Of a stretch of DNA of 64,000 nucleotides, positions 10,234-20,386 are shown one piece after another (position 1 is the first letter of the stretch; the number at the start of each line of letters is the position of its first letter). The notes below the pieces were generated by a model, which ran no database searches, was not told the DNA's origin, and worked only from the letters and a program-made list of their open reading frames with translations. Source of the DNA: Acidimicrobiales bacterium (GTDB taxonomy: Bacteria; Actinomycetota; Acidimicrobiia; Acidimicrobiales; SZUA-35). The position numbers were made by a program, and so were the translations under genes. The DNA lies in the NCBI GenBank assembly GCA_965216205.1, contig OZ244139.1, positions 2,331,152 to 2,395,151 on the forward strand, in the 5' to 3' direction.

Positions 10234-11442
10234 ATGGCCCAGCAAAGCGACAAACTTCGGCTGCTTCGGAGGATCCCGGACATCCGATTCGAGGAGGAGT
10301 CGAGGGGTTACAGCAAGGACCAGGTCGACCGTGTGCTGGCCAACCTTGCACCGCTCGCAGACGAGATCGAGAAGCTGCAGGCGCGGCTCTCCGAAGCGGA
10401 GACTCGAGCAGCCTCGGCCGAGGCTCGCCTGATCGAGGCGCGGAGTCCGTCGCAGACGCCGTCGCCACCGGGGGCGCCCCCCGCCCCCATGCCCGACTTC
10501 GACGAGACGCTTCGCAACACGCTGGTCAACGCGCAGCGAACCGCCGACACCACGGTCAAGGAGGCGCAGGAGGAGGCTGAACGCCTGCGCAACGAGGCCG
10601 AGTTCCAGTCGAACGCCCTCTTGGCCGATGCCCGCGAGCAGGCCACCGAGATGACGAGCGAGGCGGTCGCCCACCGTGAGCGGCTGCTGGCCGAAGCGGC
10701 AGCCGAGCGGGCCAAGATGCTCGACACGGCCAAGGAGGAGGCTCAGCAGCGGGTCAACGCGGTCGAGGAGGAGCTCGCGCAGGCGCACGAGGCCGAGCGG
10801 TCGCGGCTGCTCGAGCAGATCGGGAACCTGCAGCACACCCACGGGCTGCTGCAAGGTGATGTCGCCCGCTTCGAGCGGCACCTCGAGGCTCGCCGCGCCG
10901 ACGTCAAGTCGGCGCTCGACGAGCTGAACGCCGTGCTCGACGATCCCGAGCTGCTCCGGGCCCGGGAGGCGCTGGAGCCGGCCGAGATCGGCGTGGTCGA
11001 CACGACCGACTACCCGCCGATCGCCGTCGAGGTCGTGGCGCTGCACGAGCTCGAGGAGGAAGCCGACGCGGCGATCGAGAGCACGACCCGGCCGACCGAG
11101 GTGATCGACGCCGACGAGCTGGATCTCGGTCCCGCCGACGACGAGGTCGAGGTGGCCGACGACCGCGACTACGAGGAAGCCGACGACGACGTCAGCGGCG
11201 ACGGGTTCGAGACGGCCGACTACGAGGAGGCCGAGCCCGTCTCGGTGGCGGCCGAGGTGGCAGCGAACGGTGACAGCCAGGTCGTGGACGGCTCCGGACC
11301 GCCCCCGCCAACGGGAGATCCGTTCCTCGACGAGCTGCACCGGGCCACCAACGAGGAGCCGGCGGCGGGCGATCCGATCACCGACTTCCTGGAGGAGGAC
11401 AACCCCAACCGGGGTGGCGGCTGGTTCGGGCGCCGCAAGTAG
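10234..11442 (+). CDS. divIVA: DivIVA-domain protein (Wag31-like) with a long coiled coil and an acidic C-terminus
   Basis: DivIVA N-terminal motif IRFEEESRGYSKDQVDRVLANL, followed by heptad-rich E/A/R/L sequence. Confidence 0.88.
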   Translation: MAQQSDKLRLLRRIPDIRFEEESRGYSKDQVDRVLANLAPLADEIEKLQARLSEAETRAASAEARLIEARSPSQTPSPPGAPPAPMPDFDETLRNTLVNAQRTADTTVKEAQEEAERLRNEAEFQSNALLADAREQATEMTSEAVAHRERLLAEAAAERAKMLDTAKEEAQQRVNAVEEELAQAHEAERSRLLEQIGNLQHTHGLLQGDVARFERHLEARRADVKSALDELNAVLDDPELLRAREALEPAEIGVVDTTDYPPIAVEVVALHELEEEADAAIESTTRPTEVIDADELDLGPADDEVEVADDRDYEEADDDVSGDGFETADYEEAEPVSVAAEVAANGDSQVVDGSGPPPPTGDPFLDELHRATNEEPAAGDPITDFLEEDNPNRGGGWFGRRK

Positions 11443-11453
11443 CGTCCGGCGCG

Positions 11454-14400
11454 CTACCTGACCGGCTCCAGGTCGTAGCCGACGGAGGCGTCGCCCAGCA
11501 CCTGGCTGTTGGTGAGGCCGTTGGCGTTCCGCTCGCGTACCACGTCGACCGCGAGCACCTGTGCCGCCACCCAGGAGAGGTGGGGGTCGAGCGACGCCGC
11601 GACCGGTTCGGGAACGTGCAACCGGAGAAGTATCCGGTCGGTGACCGCCAGGTCGCGCTCCTTGCGCAACTGCTGAATCGACCGGACCAGATCCCTGGCC
11701 CGTCCTTCGGCCTCCAGCTCCGGTGACACGTCCGTGTCGAGCGCGACGATGGCGTCGTTGCCGGGAAGCGCGGCGGCGGTCACCCCATCGACCGGGTCGA
11801 GGGCGAGTTCGAACTCGGCCGGATCGAGCACGTGACCGGCCACGGTGACCGTACCGTCGGGGTTCGACGCCCAGTCTCCGGCCTTCGCCGCCTTGATGAT
11901 CACCTGCACGTCGGGGCCGAGCTTCGGTCCGAGCACCCGACCGTTCGGCACCAGGCGGAACGTCCCGAAGCGGGCGACCTCGTCGGTGATCGTCACCGCT
12001 TTCACGTTGATCTCGTCGGCCAGGAGGTCGACGAAGGGCTCGATACTGGCAACGTCGGCGCCGGCGACCGTCGCTGAGGCGAGGGGGAGCCGGACCCGAA
12101 GGCCCCGGTCGTCGCGCAGCGACAAGGCGGCCGACGCCACGTCCCGCAGGCGATCCATCGCGGCGACGAGCTCGGCATCGGGCGGGAGCAGCGCGGCGTC
12201 GGGCCAATCCTCGAGGTGGATGCTCGACGTCGACCCGTCGGCCTCGGACCCGCCGGTGAGGCCGAGCCAGATCTCCTCCGCCAGCATCGGGAGGAGGGGC
12301 GCCACCACCTTCGCAAGGGTGACCAGGACCGTGTAGAGCGTGTCGAGCGCGTCGGTGTCGAGCGCATCGTCGGACTCCGTGTTCCAGAAGCGCTCCCGAC
12401 TCCGACGGATGTACCAGTTGGTCAGCGCATCGAGGAAGCCCTGCACCGAAGCGCAGGCGCCGGCGAGATCGTAGGCATCCAGCGCGGCCTCGACCGTGGT
12501 GACGAGCTCGTGGGTCTTGGCGAGGACGTACCGGTCGAGCAGGTTGACCGACCCGGTGGCGAACGACGCCCGATAGCCCTCGGCGTTCGCGTAGAGCGCG
12601 AAGAAGCTGTAGGCGCTCCAGATCGGGTTGATCGTCTGGCGCACGACGTCCCGCACGTCCGATCCGTCCGTGTCCATCCTCAGGTCCAGGCCACGGAGGA
12701 TCGGCGAGCTGGCGAAGTACCACCGCAGGGCGTCCGAGCCGACCGTGTCGAAGATCTCGAGCGGTTCGGTGCGGTTCCCGAGGCGCTTCGAGAGCTTCCG
12801 ACCCTCGCCGTCGAGCAGCACGCCGTGGCAGATGACATTGGAGAACGCCGGCTGGTCGAACAGCGCGACCGACAGCACGTGCATCGTGTAGAACCAGCCT
12901 CGGGTCTGGGCGATGTACTCCACGATGAAGTCGGCAGGGTTGTGCCGCTCGAAGAGGTCGACGTTCTCGAACGGGTAGTGGTGCTGGGCGTAGGGCATCG
13001 AGCCCGACTCGAACCAGCAGTCGAGGACCTCGGGCACCCGCCGCATCATCGACCTCCCGGTCGGGTCGTCGGGGTTGGGTCGTACCAGTTCGTCCACGAA
13101 CGGGCGGTGGAGGTCGTCGGGGCGGACACCGAAGTCGGCTTCGATCTCGTCGAGGCTGCCGTACACGTCGGTTCTCGGGTAGGCGGGATCGTCGCTCCGC
13201 CAGACGGGGAGCGGCGCGCCCCAGAACCGGTTGCGGCTGATCGACCAGTCGCGGGCCCCCTCGAGCCACTTGCCGAACTGACCGTCCCGAATGTGGTCGG
13301 GGATCCAGTTGATCTTCGCGTTGGCGGCCAGGAGCCGGTCGGTCAGATCGGTGACCCGCACGTACCACGAGTTGATGGCGCGGTAGATGATCGGCGTGTC
13401 GGTCCGCCAGCAGTGGGGATAGTTGTGGTCGTAGGTCTCGTGACGGACGACCTTGCCCTGGGCCTTGAGGTCCCGGATCACCTCGGCATTGGCAGCGAAG
13501 ACGTTCTGGCCCTCGTAGTCGGGTACGTCGCTGGTGAACCGGCCCTCGTCGTCGACCGGGACCACCAGCTCGATACCGGCCGCTTCGCCGATGCGCTGGT
13601 CGTCTTCGCCGAACCCGGGGGCGATGTGGACGACGCCCGTGCCGTCGTCGGTCTCGACGAAGTCCGCCGCCAGCACCACGAACGCGTTCGGATGGTCGGC
13701 GAAGTAGGGCATCAGCGGTAGGAACGATCGACCGGCGAGCTCCGCGCCGGTGAACCGTGCGAGGATCTCGGGCGAGTCGCCCAACTCTCGGCGGTACCGC
13801 TCGAGTGCAGCCTCGGCCACGACGACGGCGCCGCCGTCGGGCCCGTCGCCCTCGGTCGGAGCGGCGACGGCCACGTACGCCACCTCGGGACCGACCGCCA
13901 GCGCGAGGTTCGACGGCAGCGTCCAGGGCGTGGTCGTCCACGCCAGCAGATGCAGCCGTCCGGGGTCGCCGTCGACCGGGTCGAGCTCGAAGGCCACGGT
14001 CAGCGCCGGATCCTGACGGGGACGGGTGGCGTCGTCGAGGCGGATCTCGAAGTTGGCGAGCGGCGTCTGCGCGCCCCACGAGTAGGGCATGACCCGCTTC
14101 GCCTCGTAGATCAGCCCCTTGTCCCACAGTTGCCGGAACGCCCAGATCACCGACTCCATGTACGGCAGATCCATCGTCTTGTAGTCGTTGTCGAAATCGA
14201 CCCACCGAGCCTGGCGGGTGACGTAGTCTTCCCACTCCGCGGTGTAGCGAAGGACCGACTCCCGGCACTTCGCGTTGAACTCCGCGATCCCGTAGTCGAG
14301 GATCGCAGCCCGACCCGAGACGCCGGTCTCCTTCTCGGTCTCCATCTCCGCCGGCAGGCCGTGGCAGTCCCAGCCGAAGCGCCGATCGACGCGGTTTCCG

Positions 14401-14660
14401 CGCATGGTCTGGTAGCGAGGGACGATGTCCTTCACGTAGCCGGTCAGGAGGTGGCCGACGTGGGGGAGGCCGTTGGCGAACGGGGGGCCGTCGTTGAAGA
14501 CGTAGCGGGAGCCACCCTCCTCGTCGCCGGGCCTGTGGGAAACCGACCGCTCGAAGGTGCCGTCGGCTCGCCAGCGAGCCAGGATGCCGCGCTCGATCGC
14601 CGGAAGGTCGGGGCGGGTCGGGACCTCGGGGTAGGGCGCGCGTCGGCCATCTGAGCTCAT
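11454..14660 (-). CDS. ileS: Isoleucyl-tRNA synthetase
   Basis: 1068 aa. HIGH-type motif [11 protein letters not shown] and KMSKS-type KLSKRLGN. Class I editing-type domain order. Confidence 0.95.
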   Translation of the reverse strand: MSSDGRRAPYPEVPTRPDLPAIERGILARWRADGTFERSVSHRPGDEEGGSRYVFNDGPPFANGLPHVGHLLTGYVKDIVPRYQTMRGNRVDRRFGWDCHGLPAEMETEKETGVSGRAAILDYGIAEFNAKCRESVLRYTAEWEDYVTRQARWVDFDNDYKTMDLPYMESVIWAFRQLWDKGLIYEAKRVMPYSWGAQTPLANFEIRLDDATRPRQDPALTVAFELDPVDGDPGRLHLLAWTTTPWTLPSNLALAVGPEVAYVAVAAPTEGDGPDGGAVVVAEAALERYRRELGDSPEILARFTGAELAGRSFLPLMPYFADHPNAFVVLAADFVETDDGTGVVHIAPGFGEDDQRIGEAAGIELVVPVDDEGRFTSDVPDYEGQNVFAANAEVIRDLKAQGKVVRHETYDHNYPHCWRTDTPIIYRAINSWYVRVTDLTDRLLAANAKINWIPDHIRDGQFGKWLEGARDWSISRNRFWGAPLPVWRSDDPAYPRTDVYGSLDEIEADFGVRPDDLHRPFVDELVRPNPDDPTGRSMMRRVPEVLDCWFESGSMPYAQHHYPFENVDLFERHNPADFIVEYIAQTRGWFYTMHVLSVALFDQPAFSNVICHGVLLDGEGRKLSKRLGNRTEPLEIFDTVGSDALRWYFASSPILRGLDLRMDTDGSDVRDVVRQTINPIWSAYSFFALYANAEGYRASFATGSVNLLDRYVLAKTHELVTTVEAALDAYDLAGACASVQGFLDALTNWYIRRSRERFWNTESDDALDTDALDTLYTVLVTLAKVVAPLLPMLAEEIWLGLTGGSEADGSTSSIHLEDWPDAALLPPDAELVAAMDRLRDVASAALSLRDDRGLRVRLPLASATVAGADVASIEPFVDLLADEINVKAVTITDEVARFGTFRLVPNGRVLGPKLGPDVQVIIKAAKAGDWASNPDGTVTVAGHVLDPAEFELALDPVDGVTAAALPGNDAIVALDTDVSPELEAEGRARDLVRSIQQLRKERDLAVTDRILLRLHVPEPVAASLDPHLSWVAAQVLAVDVVRERNANGLTNSQVLGDASVGYDLEPVR

Positions 14661-14799
14661 CTCTGCACGATACCGTTGCGACCTTCGCCCTCAGGTTGGG
14701 ATTCGGTGTGCCCGACGGCGGTGCCCGTTGGTTGTCACGTCATCGTTGCTCTACACTGCTCCGACCTTCGCACCGACACCTTGGAGGCGGCGTACCGCT

Positions 14800-14820
14800 G
14801 GTCACCCTCGAGGGGTGACC
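14800..14820. promoter_or_regulatory. Perfect 8-bp inverted repeat, GGTCACCC-n5-GGGTGACC, in the ileS / dksA-like divergent intergenic region
   Basis: Read directly. It could be an operator or an RNA hairpin in the ileS leader. Function not established. Confidence 0.3.
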
Positions 14821-14972
14821 GCTCAACTGGGGGATGAAATCGACGACGGAGTTGATCACATCGGTGAGAAACGGCCATCGACCTCGACGATGGCCGAGTT
14901 GCTGCCTAGGCGGGGACGCCTCGGCGGTACGGGATCGGTAGCAGGCGAAGCAGAACCGACAACCAGGGCAGC

Positions 14973-15713
14973 GTGACCAGGATCGTGGCAGCGAAGAAGT
15001 CAACGAAGAAGTCAGCGAAGGGCGCAACGAAGAAGAAGTCGGCGGCCAAGGGTGGCGCAACCCGCGGGTCGACGAAGAAGGGTGGCGCGGCCGGGAAGTC
15101 GACCGAGAAGTCGACGACCGCCGCGGCGGCGGGCACGACCAAGAAGGCGACCGCGTCGACGAGGAAGTCGACCGCGTCTGGATCCCAATCGAAGAAAGCA
15201 GCGTCGAAGAAGTCCGTGTCAAAGAAACAGGCAGCAACGAAGACCGCAACGAAGAAGTCCACCAGCAAGTCGGCGTCGAAGGCGGCCGGCCGCAGATCGA
15301 CCGACGGAGCGGCCGTCAAACGAACCGCTCCCGCCTCGGCCAAGCACCTCCACGACAAGAAGTGGCTGGCCTCACAACGTGAGGCGCTGTTGGCCGAGCG
15401 GGCGAAGTACACCTCCAGCGCTGATCGCCTCGCGGCGGAAGCGGCGGCCCTGATGGCTGATCGCGAACCCGGCGACGTCCAGTTCGACGAGGAGTCGGGC
15501 GAGGGCGACACGATCGCGGTGGAACGCGATCGCGATCTCGCCCTGTCGGCGGCGGCGAGGCAGGCGGTGGCCGACATCGACGCCGCCCTGGCTCGGCTCG
15601 ACGAGGGCACCTACGGCCTCTGCATCGCCGGTGACGACGTGATCCCCAAGGAGCGGCTCGAGGCGATTCCGGAGGCGGCCGTGTGCGTCGAGCACAAGAC
15701 GTCGATGTTCTGA
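14973..15713 (+). CDS. DksA/TraR-family protein with a Lys/Ala/Thr/Ser-rich N-terminal tail of about 110 aa
   Basis: Coiled coil plus C-terminal [33 protein letters not shown], a DksA/TraR zinc-finger region in which only 2 of the usual 4 Cys are present. Located upstream of lspA. GTG start; the exact start is uncertain. Confidence 0.7.
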   Translation: MTRIVAAKKSTKKSAKGATKKKSAAKGGATRGSTKKGGAAGKSTEKSTTAAAAGTTKKATASTRKSTASGSQSKKAASKKSVSKKQAATKTATKKSTSKSASKAAGRRSTDGAAVKRTAPASAKHLHDKKWLASQREALLAERAKYTSSADRLAAEAAALMADREPGDVQFDEESGEGDTIAVERDRDLALSAAARQAVADIDAALARLDEGTYGLCIAGDDVIPKERLEAIPEAAVCVEHKTSMF

Positions 15714-15729
15714 GCGAGGCCGACGGGCG

Positions 15730-16335
15730 GTGTCGTTGATGCGCGCCGTTCGGCTCGCCGCGGCCGTCGCGGTGGGCGTGGCGATCGTCGACCAGCTCAC
15801 CAAGCGCTGGGCCGTCGATCGGCTCACCGCTGGCCCCTGCGCGTCCGACGGCGATGCCTGCATCGACCTCTTCTGGACCCTCCGGCTCCACCTCCATTTC
15901 AATCCGGGCGCGGCGTTCAGCACGGGCGTCGGTCTCGGACCGCTCTTCGGCGTCCTGGCATTCGGCATGATCCTCGTGCTCTTCAGCATGGTGCGGGGGC
16001 GGGAGGACGTCCTCGGCACGGTCCTGCTCGGCGCGATCGCAGGCGGTGCCATCGGCAACCTGACCGATCGGATCCTCCGAGCGGAGGCTGGGTTCCTGAG
16101 CGGGGAGGTCGTCGACTTCATCGATCTGCAGTGGTGGCCGATCTTCAACATCGCCGACGCGGCCGTGGTGATCGGTGTGATCGGCTTCGTCATCCACTCC
16201 CTCGTCAGCACCGAGGACAGCAGCACCGGGGAGGCATCGGCCGAGTTCCACGACTGCTCTGGCGGCGGCGATACCACCTCGGAGGTGGGCGGACCCCCGA
16301 ACAGCCACGCCGACCGCGCGTCCTCCGGTGGTTGA
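15730..16335 (+). CDS. lspA: Lipoprotein signal peptidase II
   Basis: [20 protein letters not shown] and VVDFID....WP.FN.AD motifs. Confidence 0.92.
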   Translation: MSLMRAVRLAAAVAVGVAIVDQLTKRWAVDRLTAGPCASDGDACIDLFWTLRLHLHFNPGAAFSTGVGLGPLFGVLAFGMILVLFSMVRGREDVLGTVLLGAIAGGAIGNLTDRILRAEAGFLSGEVVDFIDLQWWPIFNIADAAVVIGVIGFVIHSLVSTEDSSTGEASAEFHDCSGGGDTTSEVGGPPNSHADRASSGG

Positions 16336-17281
16336 GCGGGTCGAGGTCGACTCGCTGCCCGACGCCCTCGCCGACCAGCGCATCGACCGGATCGTGGCCA
16401 TCGTCGCCGACGTCACCCGGCGTCGGGCCAGCGAGCTGATCGCGGCGGGAGCGGTGACCGTCGACGGCGCCACCGTCGCCAAGGGCTCCCTACGGGTCGA
16501 GGTCGGATCGAGCCTGATCGTCGAGGTCGAGCGGATCGACACGAGGCCGCAACCCGATCCCGCCGTCGCCGTCGAGGTGGTCCACGAGGACGCCGACGTG
16601 ATCGTCGTCGACAAGCCGGCCGGGTTGGTGGTCCACCCCGGATCGGGTGTGGTCGGCTCGACGCTCGTCAATGGGCTCCTCGACCGCTTTCCCGAGATCA
16701 CCGACGTCGGCGAGGAGCAACGGCCGGGAATCGTCCATCGCCTCGATCGGGGAACGAGCGGGCTGCTCATGGTGGCCAGGACCGAGTTCTCGCGGCGGGC
16801 GCTGAGCCGTCAGCTCGCCGAGCGGTCGGTCGAGCGGCGCTACCGGGCTCTCGTCCTGGGCCACGTCGAGGCGGAGTCCGGCGTGATCGATGCGCCGCTT
16901 GGACGATCGCCCCACGACGCGACGCGGCGTGCCGTCGTCGCCGATGGCCGCCCGGCCAGAACCCGCTATCGAGTCGAGGGCAGGTCGACCGCATCGGGGC
17001 CGGGTACCACGGCGGTGACCCGGCTCGTCTGTGAGCTCGAAACGGGACGCACCCACCAGATCCGGGCCCATCTGACCGCGATCGGTCACCCCGTGGTCGG
17101 GGACCTCGTCTACGGCGGGTCGATGGCCGGCACCGCGATCGAGTCCCTCGCCACGAGGCCGTTCCTCCACGCCGAGCTGCTCGGGTTCACCCACCCCCGC
17201 TCGGGAGCGCGCCTTCGATTCGTGTCCGAGTTGCCCGTCGATCTGCAGCGCGTGCTCGCGTCGCTCGATCCGTTGCGCTGA
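16328..17281 (+). CDS. rluD: RluA-family 23S rRNA pseudouridine synthase (RluD-like) with N-terminal S4 domain
   Basis: VVDKPAG..VHP, catalytic [11 protein letters not shown], and TGRTHQIR.H. Overlaps the lspA stop. Confidence 0.9.
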   Translation: MVERVEVDSLPDALADQRIDRIVAIVADVTRRRASELIAAGAVTVDGATVAKGSLRVEVGSSLIVEVERIDTRPQPDPAVAVEVVHEDADVIVVDKPAGLVVHPGSGVVGSTLVNGLLDRFPEITDVGEEQRPGIVHRLDRGTSGLLMVARTEFSRRALSRQLAERSVERRYRALVLGHVEAESGVIDAPLGRSPHDATRRAVVADGRPARTRYRVEGRSTASGPGTTAVTRLVCELETGRTHQIRAHLTAIGHPVVGDLVYGGSMAGTAIESLATRPFLHAELLGFTHPRSGARLRFVSELPVDLQRVLASLDPLR

Positions 17282-17316
17282 GCCGGCGTCGGTGGCACTG
17301 CCAGGGGCTCGAGCGG

Positions 17317-17913
17317 TCAGCCCGGCCGGTGGATGACGTCGTCGAGGGCCGGCCGGGCGCGCCCCGACGAACGTCCGGGCTCGTCGTCCAGCGGGTGACC
17401 GAGCGCCACCGTCGCCGCGATCCGCAGGTCCGAGCCGAGGTCGAACGCCTCACGGAGCGCCGGCTCGTGGTCGAACGGCCCGAAGAGGCAGGCGCCAAGG
17501 TTCCGCTCGACGGCCAGCAACAGCAGGTTCTGCAGCGATGCTCCGGCGTCGACCCACCAGTAGGGCACCGGCCACCGGTCGAGGCCATCACCGAGCCCGG
17601 TGGCTGCCTTGTCGGCCTCGCTGTAGCGGTCGGTGTAGGCCTCGGGCCTCGTGGTGACGAGCACGAGGACGGGGGCGTCGAGCAGTTGCTGCCAGCGGAA
17701 GCGGTCGCGCTTGGGCGACGGCAGCGTCACCGACCAGTAGCGCTCGATCGCCTCCCGGGTGTCCAACACGACGAATCCGACGGCCTGCGTGTTGCCGGCC
17801 GACGGCGCCCGACGGCTCAGGTCGAGCAGCTCCTCGATCGTGCCGGCCGGCAGGGGCGTGGGGGCGAATGCCCTGACCATCCGCCGCTGCCTGATGGCGA
17901 CCTCGACGTCCAC
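17317..17913 (-). CDS. Nitroreductase-family protein
   Basis: IRQRRMVRAF....L.......LL...RAPSAGN.Q pattern and overall size. Confidence 0.75.
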   Translation of the reverse strand: MDVEVAIRQRRMVRAFAPTPLPAGTIEELLDLSRRAPSAGNTQAVGFVVLDTREAIERYWSVTLPSPKRDRFRWQQLLDAPVLVLVTTRPEAYTDRYSEADKAATGLGDGLDRWPVPYWWVDAGASLQNLLLLAVERNLGACLFGPFDHEPALREAFDLGSDLRIAATVALGHPLDDEPGRSSGRARPALDDVIHRPG

Positions 17914-17925
17914 CGGATCGGCGCC

Positions 17926-18369
17926 TCAGGTTGCCTCGGGCCATGGCCGCTCACCGTTGGCCATCGAGGCGATGTCGGCCAGCGTCCACGACTCGAGCTG
18001 CCGGCGAATCTCCGCGCCCACGACGTGCCAGAGCGACAGGAGGACGCACTGACCCTCGTGGTCGCACGCGCCGTCGGTGTGGGGCTCGCCGAAATCGCCG
18101 AGGGCGATCGGGCCGTCCACGGCCCGGATGATCTCCGCGAGGTGGATCTCGCCCGGTTCGCGGGCGAGGATGTAGCCGCCGCCGACCCCCCGCTTCGACC
18201 GGACGAGGCCAGCGCCCTTGAGGGCGAGGAGGATCTGCTCGAGATAGGGCTGGGGCAGGCCGGTCCGGTCGGCGATGTCGCGGACGGTGGTCGGCCCGTC
18301 GGACTCGCCGTGGAGGGCGAGCGACAGAAGCGCCCGGCTGGCGTAGTCGCCCCGGGTCGACACCTTCAC
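17926..18369 (-). CDS. Rrf2-family transcriptional regulator
   Basis: MKVSTRGDYASRALLSLA...........IA......P..YLEQIL..L...GLV.S.RG..GGY.L. Apparent operon with the nitroreductase. Confidence 0.88.
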   Translation of the reverse strand: MKVSTRGDYASRALLSLALHGESDGPTTVRDIADRTGLPQPYLEQILLALKGAGLVRSKRGVGGGYILAREPGEIHLAEIIRAVDGPIALGDFGEPHTDGACDHEGQCVLLSLWHVVGAEIRRQLESWTLADIASMANGERPWPEAT

Positions 18370-18527
18370 CTCGACACCTTCACCTCGGCGACCTTACAGC
18401 CCTCTGCCCGCCGGCGGCACCCTTCGGGACGCGACGCGATCGGGCGACTCCCGATTGTCGAGTACGCATCTCCGCTGACGGGACGTAGTATCGCGTTCTT
18501 GGACATCACCACGACGCCGCTCCGGTC

Positions 18528-19661
18528 ATGGCGCTCGACGCCAACCGTTTCCCGTGGGGTTCGACCGTGGAACAGATGATTCTGCCCGACTACGGCCGCG
18601 GCTGCATCACCGAGCTCATGCCGTTCCTGCTCGGCCGGAGTGACGGCGCATCGCTCCCGGGTGGCCTGGCGCCCGCCGGACCCCGGTTGCTGTTCGTGCT
18701 CGACGGGCTGGGCTGGGAGCAGCTCCAGGACCACCTCGACCTCGCGCCGACCCTCGCCGGGATGGACGGCGGGCCGATCACCACCGTCGCGCCGTCCACC
18801 ACGGCGGCTGCGCTCACCTCGATCACCACGGGCCTCGCACCAGGCGAGCACGGGATCGTCGGGTATCGGATGGTCGTCGACGACCAGGTCCTCAACAGCC
18901 TCCGGTGGGGAACCGATCTCACCCCGGACGCGAGAGCGGCCATCCCGCCCGCCGTCCTGCAACCCTACCCACCGTTCCTCGGTGAGCCGTTGCCGCTCGT
19001 CACCAAGGCCGAGTTCCGCAAGTCGGGATTCACCCAGGCCCACCTCCGGGGCGGGGCGATGGTCGGTTACCGGACACCGGCGGTGATGGTCCACGAGGCG
19101 GCGAGGGTGCTGAGCGAGGGGGCGCCCGCGGTGTACGTCTACTACGACGGCGTCGACAAGGTGGCCCACGAGTACGGTCTCGGCTCGGCCTACGAAGCGG
19201 AGCTGCGGTTCGCCGATCGACTCGTCGCCGACCTGCTCAGCGCCGTTCCGACGGGCACCACGGTGGTCGTGACCGCCGATCACGGGCAGGTCGACTGCGG
19301 TCACGGCCTCGTCCCGATCGCATCGCCGGTCCTGGAGCTGACCAGCGGACTGTCGGGCGAGGGACGTTTCCGGTGGCTTCACGCCAAGCAGGGACGTGGC
19401 GCGGAGCTCGCGTCGGTGGCCGAGGCCTGTCACAGCGATCGAGCGTGGGTGAGAACCGTCGATCGGATGCTCGACGAGCGGTGGTTCGGCCCGGCGATGG
19501 CCGACGACGTTCGAGACCGCCTCGGCGACGTGGCGCTGCTCCCGTTCGATCCGATCGCCTACGAGGATCCGCACGACTCGGGACCGTTCGAGCTGATCGG
19601 GCGACACGGCTCGCTGACGTCGGCGGAGATGCTCGTTCCCTGCCTCGCCGCCGTGGCCTGA
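18528..19661 (+). CDS. Alkaline-phosphatase-superfamily protein (nucleotide pyrophosphatase/phosphodiesterase-like)
   Basis: LDGLGWEQL, nucleophile region PSTTAAALTSITTG..P..HG, and metal site VTADHGQ. Confidence 0.7.
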   Translation: MALDANRFPWGSTVEQMILPDYGRGCITELMPFLLGRSDGASLPGGLAPAGPRLLFVLDGLGWEQLQDHLDLAPTLAGMDGGPITTVAPSTTAAALTSITTGLAPGEHGIVGYRMVVDDQVLNSLRWGTDLTPDARAAIPPAVLQPYPPFLGEPLPLVTKAEFRKSGFTQAHLRGGAMVGYRTPAVMVHEAARVLSEGAPAVYVYYDGVDKVAHEYGLGSAYEAELRFADRLVADLLSAVPTGTTVVVTADHGQVDCGHGLVPIASPVLELTSGLSGEGRFRWLHAKQGRGAELASVAEACHSDRAWVRTVDRMLDERWFGPAMADDVRDRLGDVALLPFDPIAYEDPHDSGPFELIGRHGSLTSAEMLVPCLAAVA

Positions 19662-19682
19662 CCGGCCCTGGCGTCACGGCAC

Positions 19683-19719
19683 GGCGATGTCTCGGCGATG
19701 TCTCGGCGATGTCTCGGCG
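19683..19719. repeat. 11-bp tandem repeat (ggcgatgtctc x3 plus a partial unit) upstream of bpa
   Basis: Read directly at 19683, 19694 and 19705. Confidence 0.9.
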
Positions 19720-19788
19720 GATTGCGAGCCGCTCTGCGATGAACGCGGCATCCTGGGTGGCAGAATCGGTACGAACGAGACGAGGATC

Positions 19789-20277
19789 ATGAGCAACCAG
19801 CAGCCCGAGACCCCCGAGATCGTCGAGGACGCGCCGCCGTCCGCCGGTCAGCAGGACGAGGCCACCGTCTCCGAGCCTGCCAAGGTGATGCGGATCGGCA
19901 CCATGATCAAGCAACTGCTCGAGGAGGTGCGGTCGACCGATCTCGACGAACCGGGCCGGGATCGCCTGCGGGAGATCTACGAGACGTCGGTCAACGAGCT
20001 GGCCGAAGCTCTCTCGTCGGATCTGCGCGAGGAGCTCCAACGCCTGGCGCTCCCCTTCGACGAGGAGGACATCCCCTCGGGGGCCGAGCTCCGAGTGGCC
20101 CAGGCCCAACTGGTCGGCTGGCTCGAGGGTCTCTTCCACGGCATCCAGGCCACGCTCTTCGCCCAGCAGACAGCGGCGAAGCAACAGCTCGAGATGATGC
20201 ACAAGCAGCAACCGCTTCCCCCTGGGCATCGGCCACCCGGCACGGATCAGCAGTCCGGCGGCGGCGTCTATCTCTGA
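19789..20277 (+). CDS. bpa: Bacterial proteasome activator Bpa/PafE homologue
   Basis: MRIGTMIKQLLEEVR....LDE..R.RLREI...S..EL...L...LREEL.RL.LPF.......AELR.AQAQLVGWLEGLFHGIQ..LFAQQ closely matches my recollection of M. tuberculosis Rv3780. Ends GGGVYL (Mtb ends GQYL). ATG at 19789 with GAGGA upstream. Confidence 0.85.
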   Translation: MSNQQPETPEIVEDAPPSAGQQDEATVSEPAKVMRIGTMIKQLLEEVRSTDLDEPGRDRLREIYETSVNELAEALSSDLREELQRLALPFDEEDIPSGAELRVAQAQLVGWLEGLFHGIQATLFAQQTAAKQQLEMMHKQQPLPPGHRPPGTDQQSGGGVYL

Positions 20278-20386
20278 GACCGTCGCCCGGAACCGCGTGC
20301 CGTCCGGGGTGGGACGGTCCGCAGCTTCGGCCACGTTCCACTGAGTTGCGCCTGGCGGCGGCGCCGGGGACAATTGATGATCCGGG

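Noticed and set aside
9994-14268. 1424-aa minus-strand ORF spanning divIVA antisense and an alternative ileS frame. Similar long ORFs occur at 1679-3535(-), 2784-4055(-), 21006-23684(-), 31176-33272(+), 46649-49498(+), 52649-54730(+) and 38053-38631(+).
   Set aside because: Their translations are Arg/Gly/Pro/Ala-dominated low-complexity sequence, typical of stop-free alternative frames in ~70% GC DNA. Each is fully overlapped by a gene with clear family motifs.
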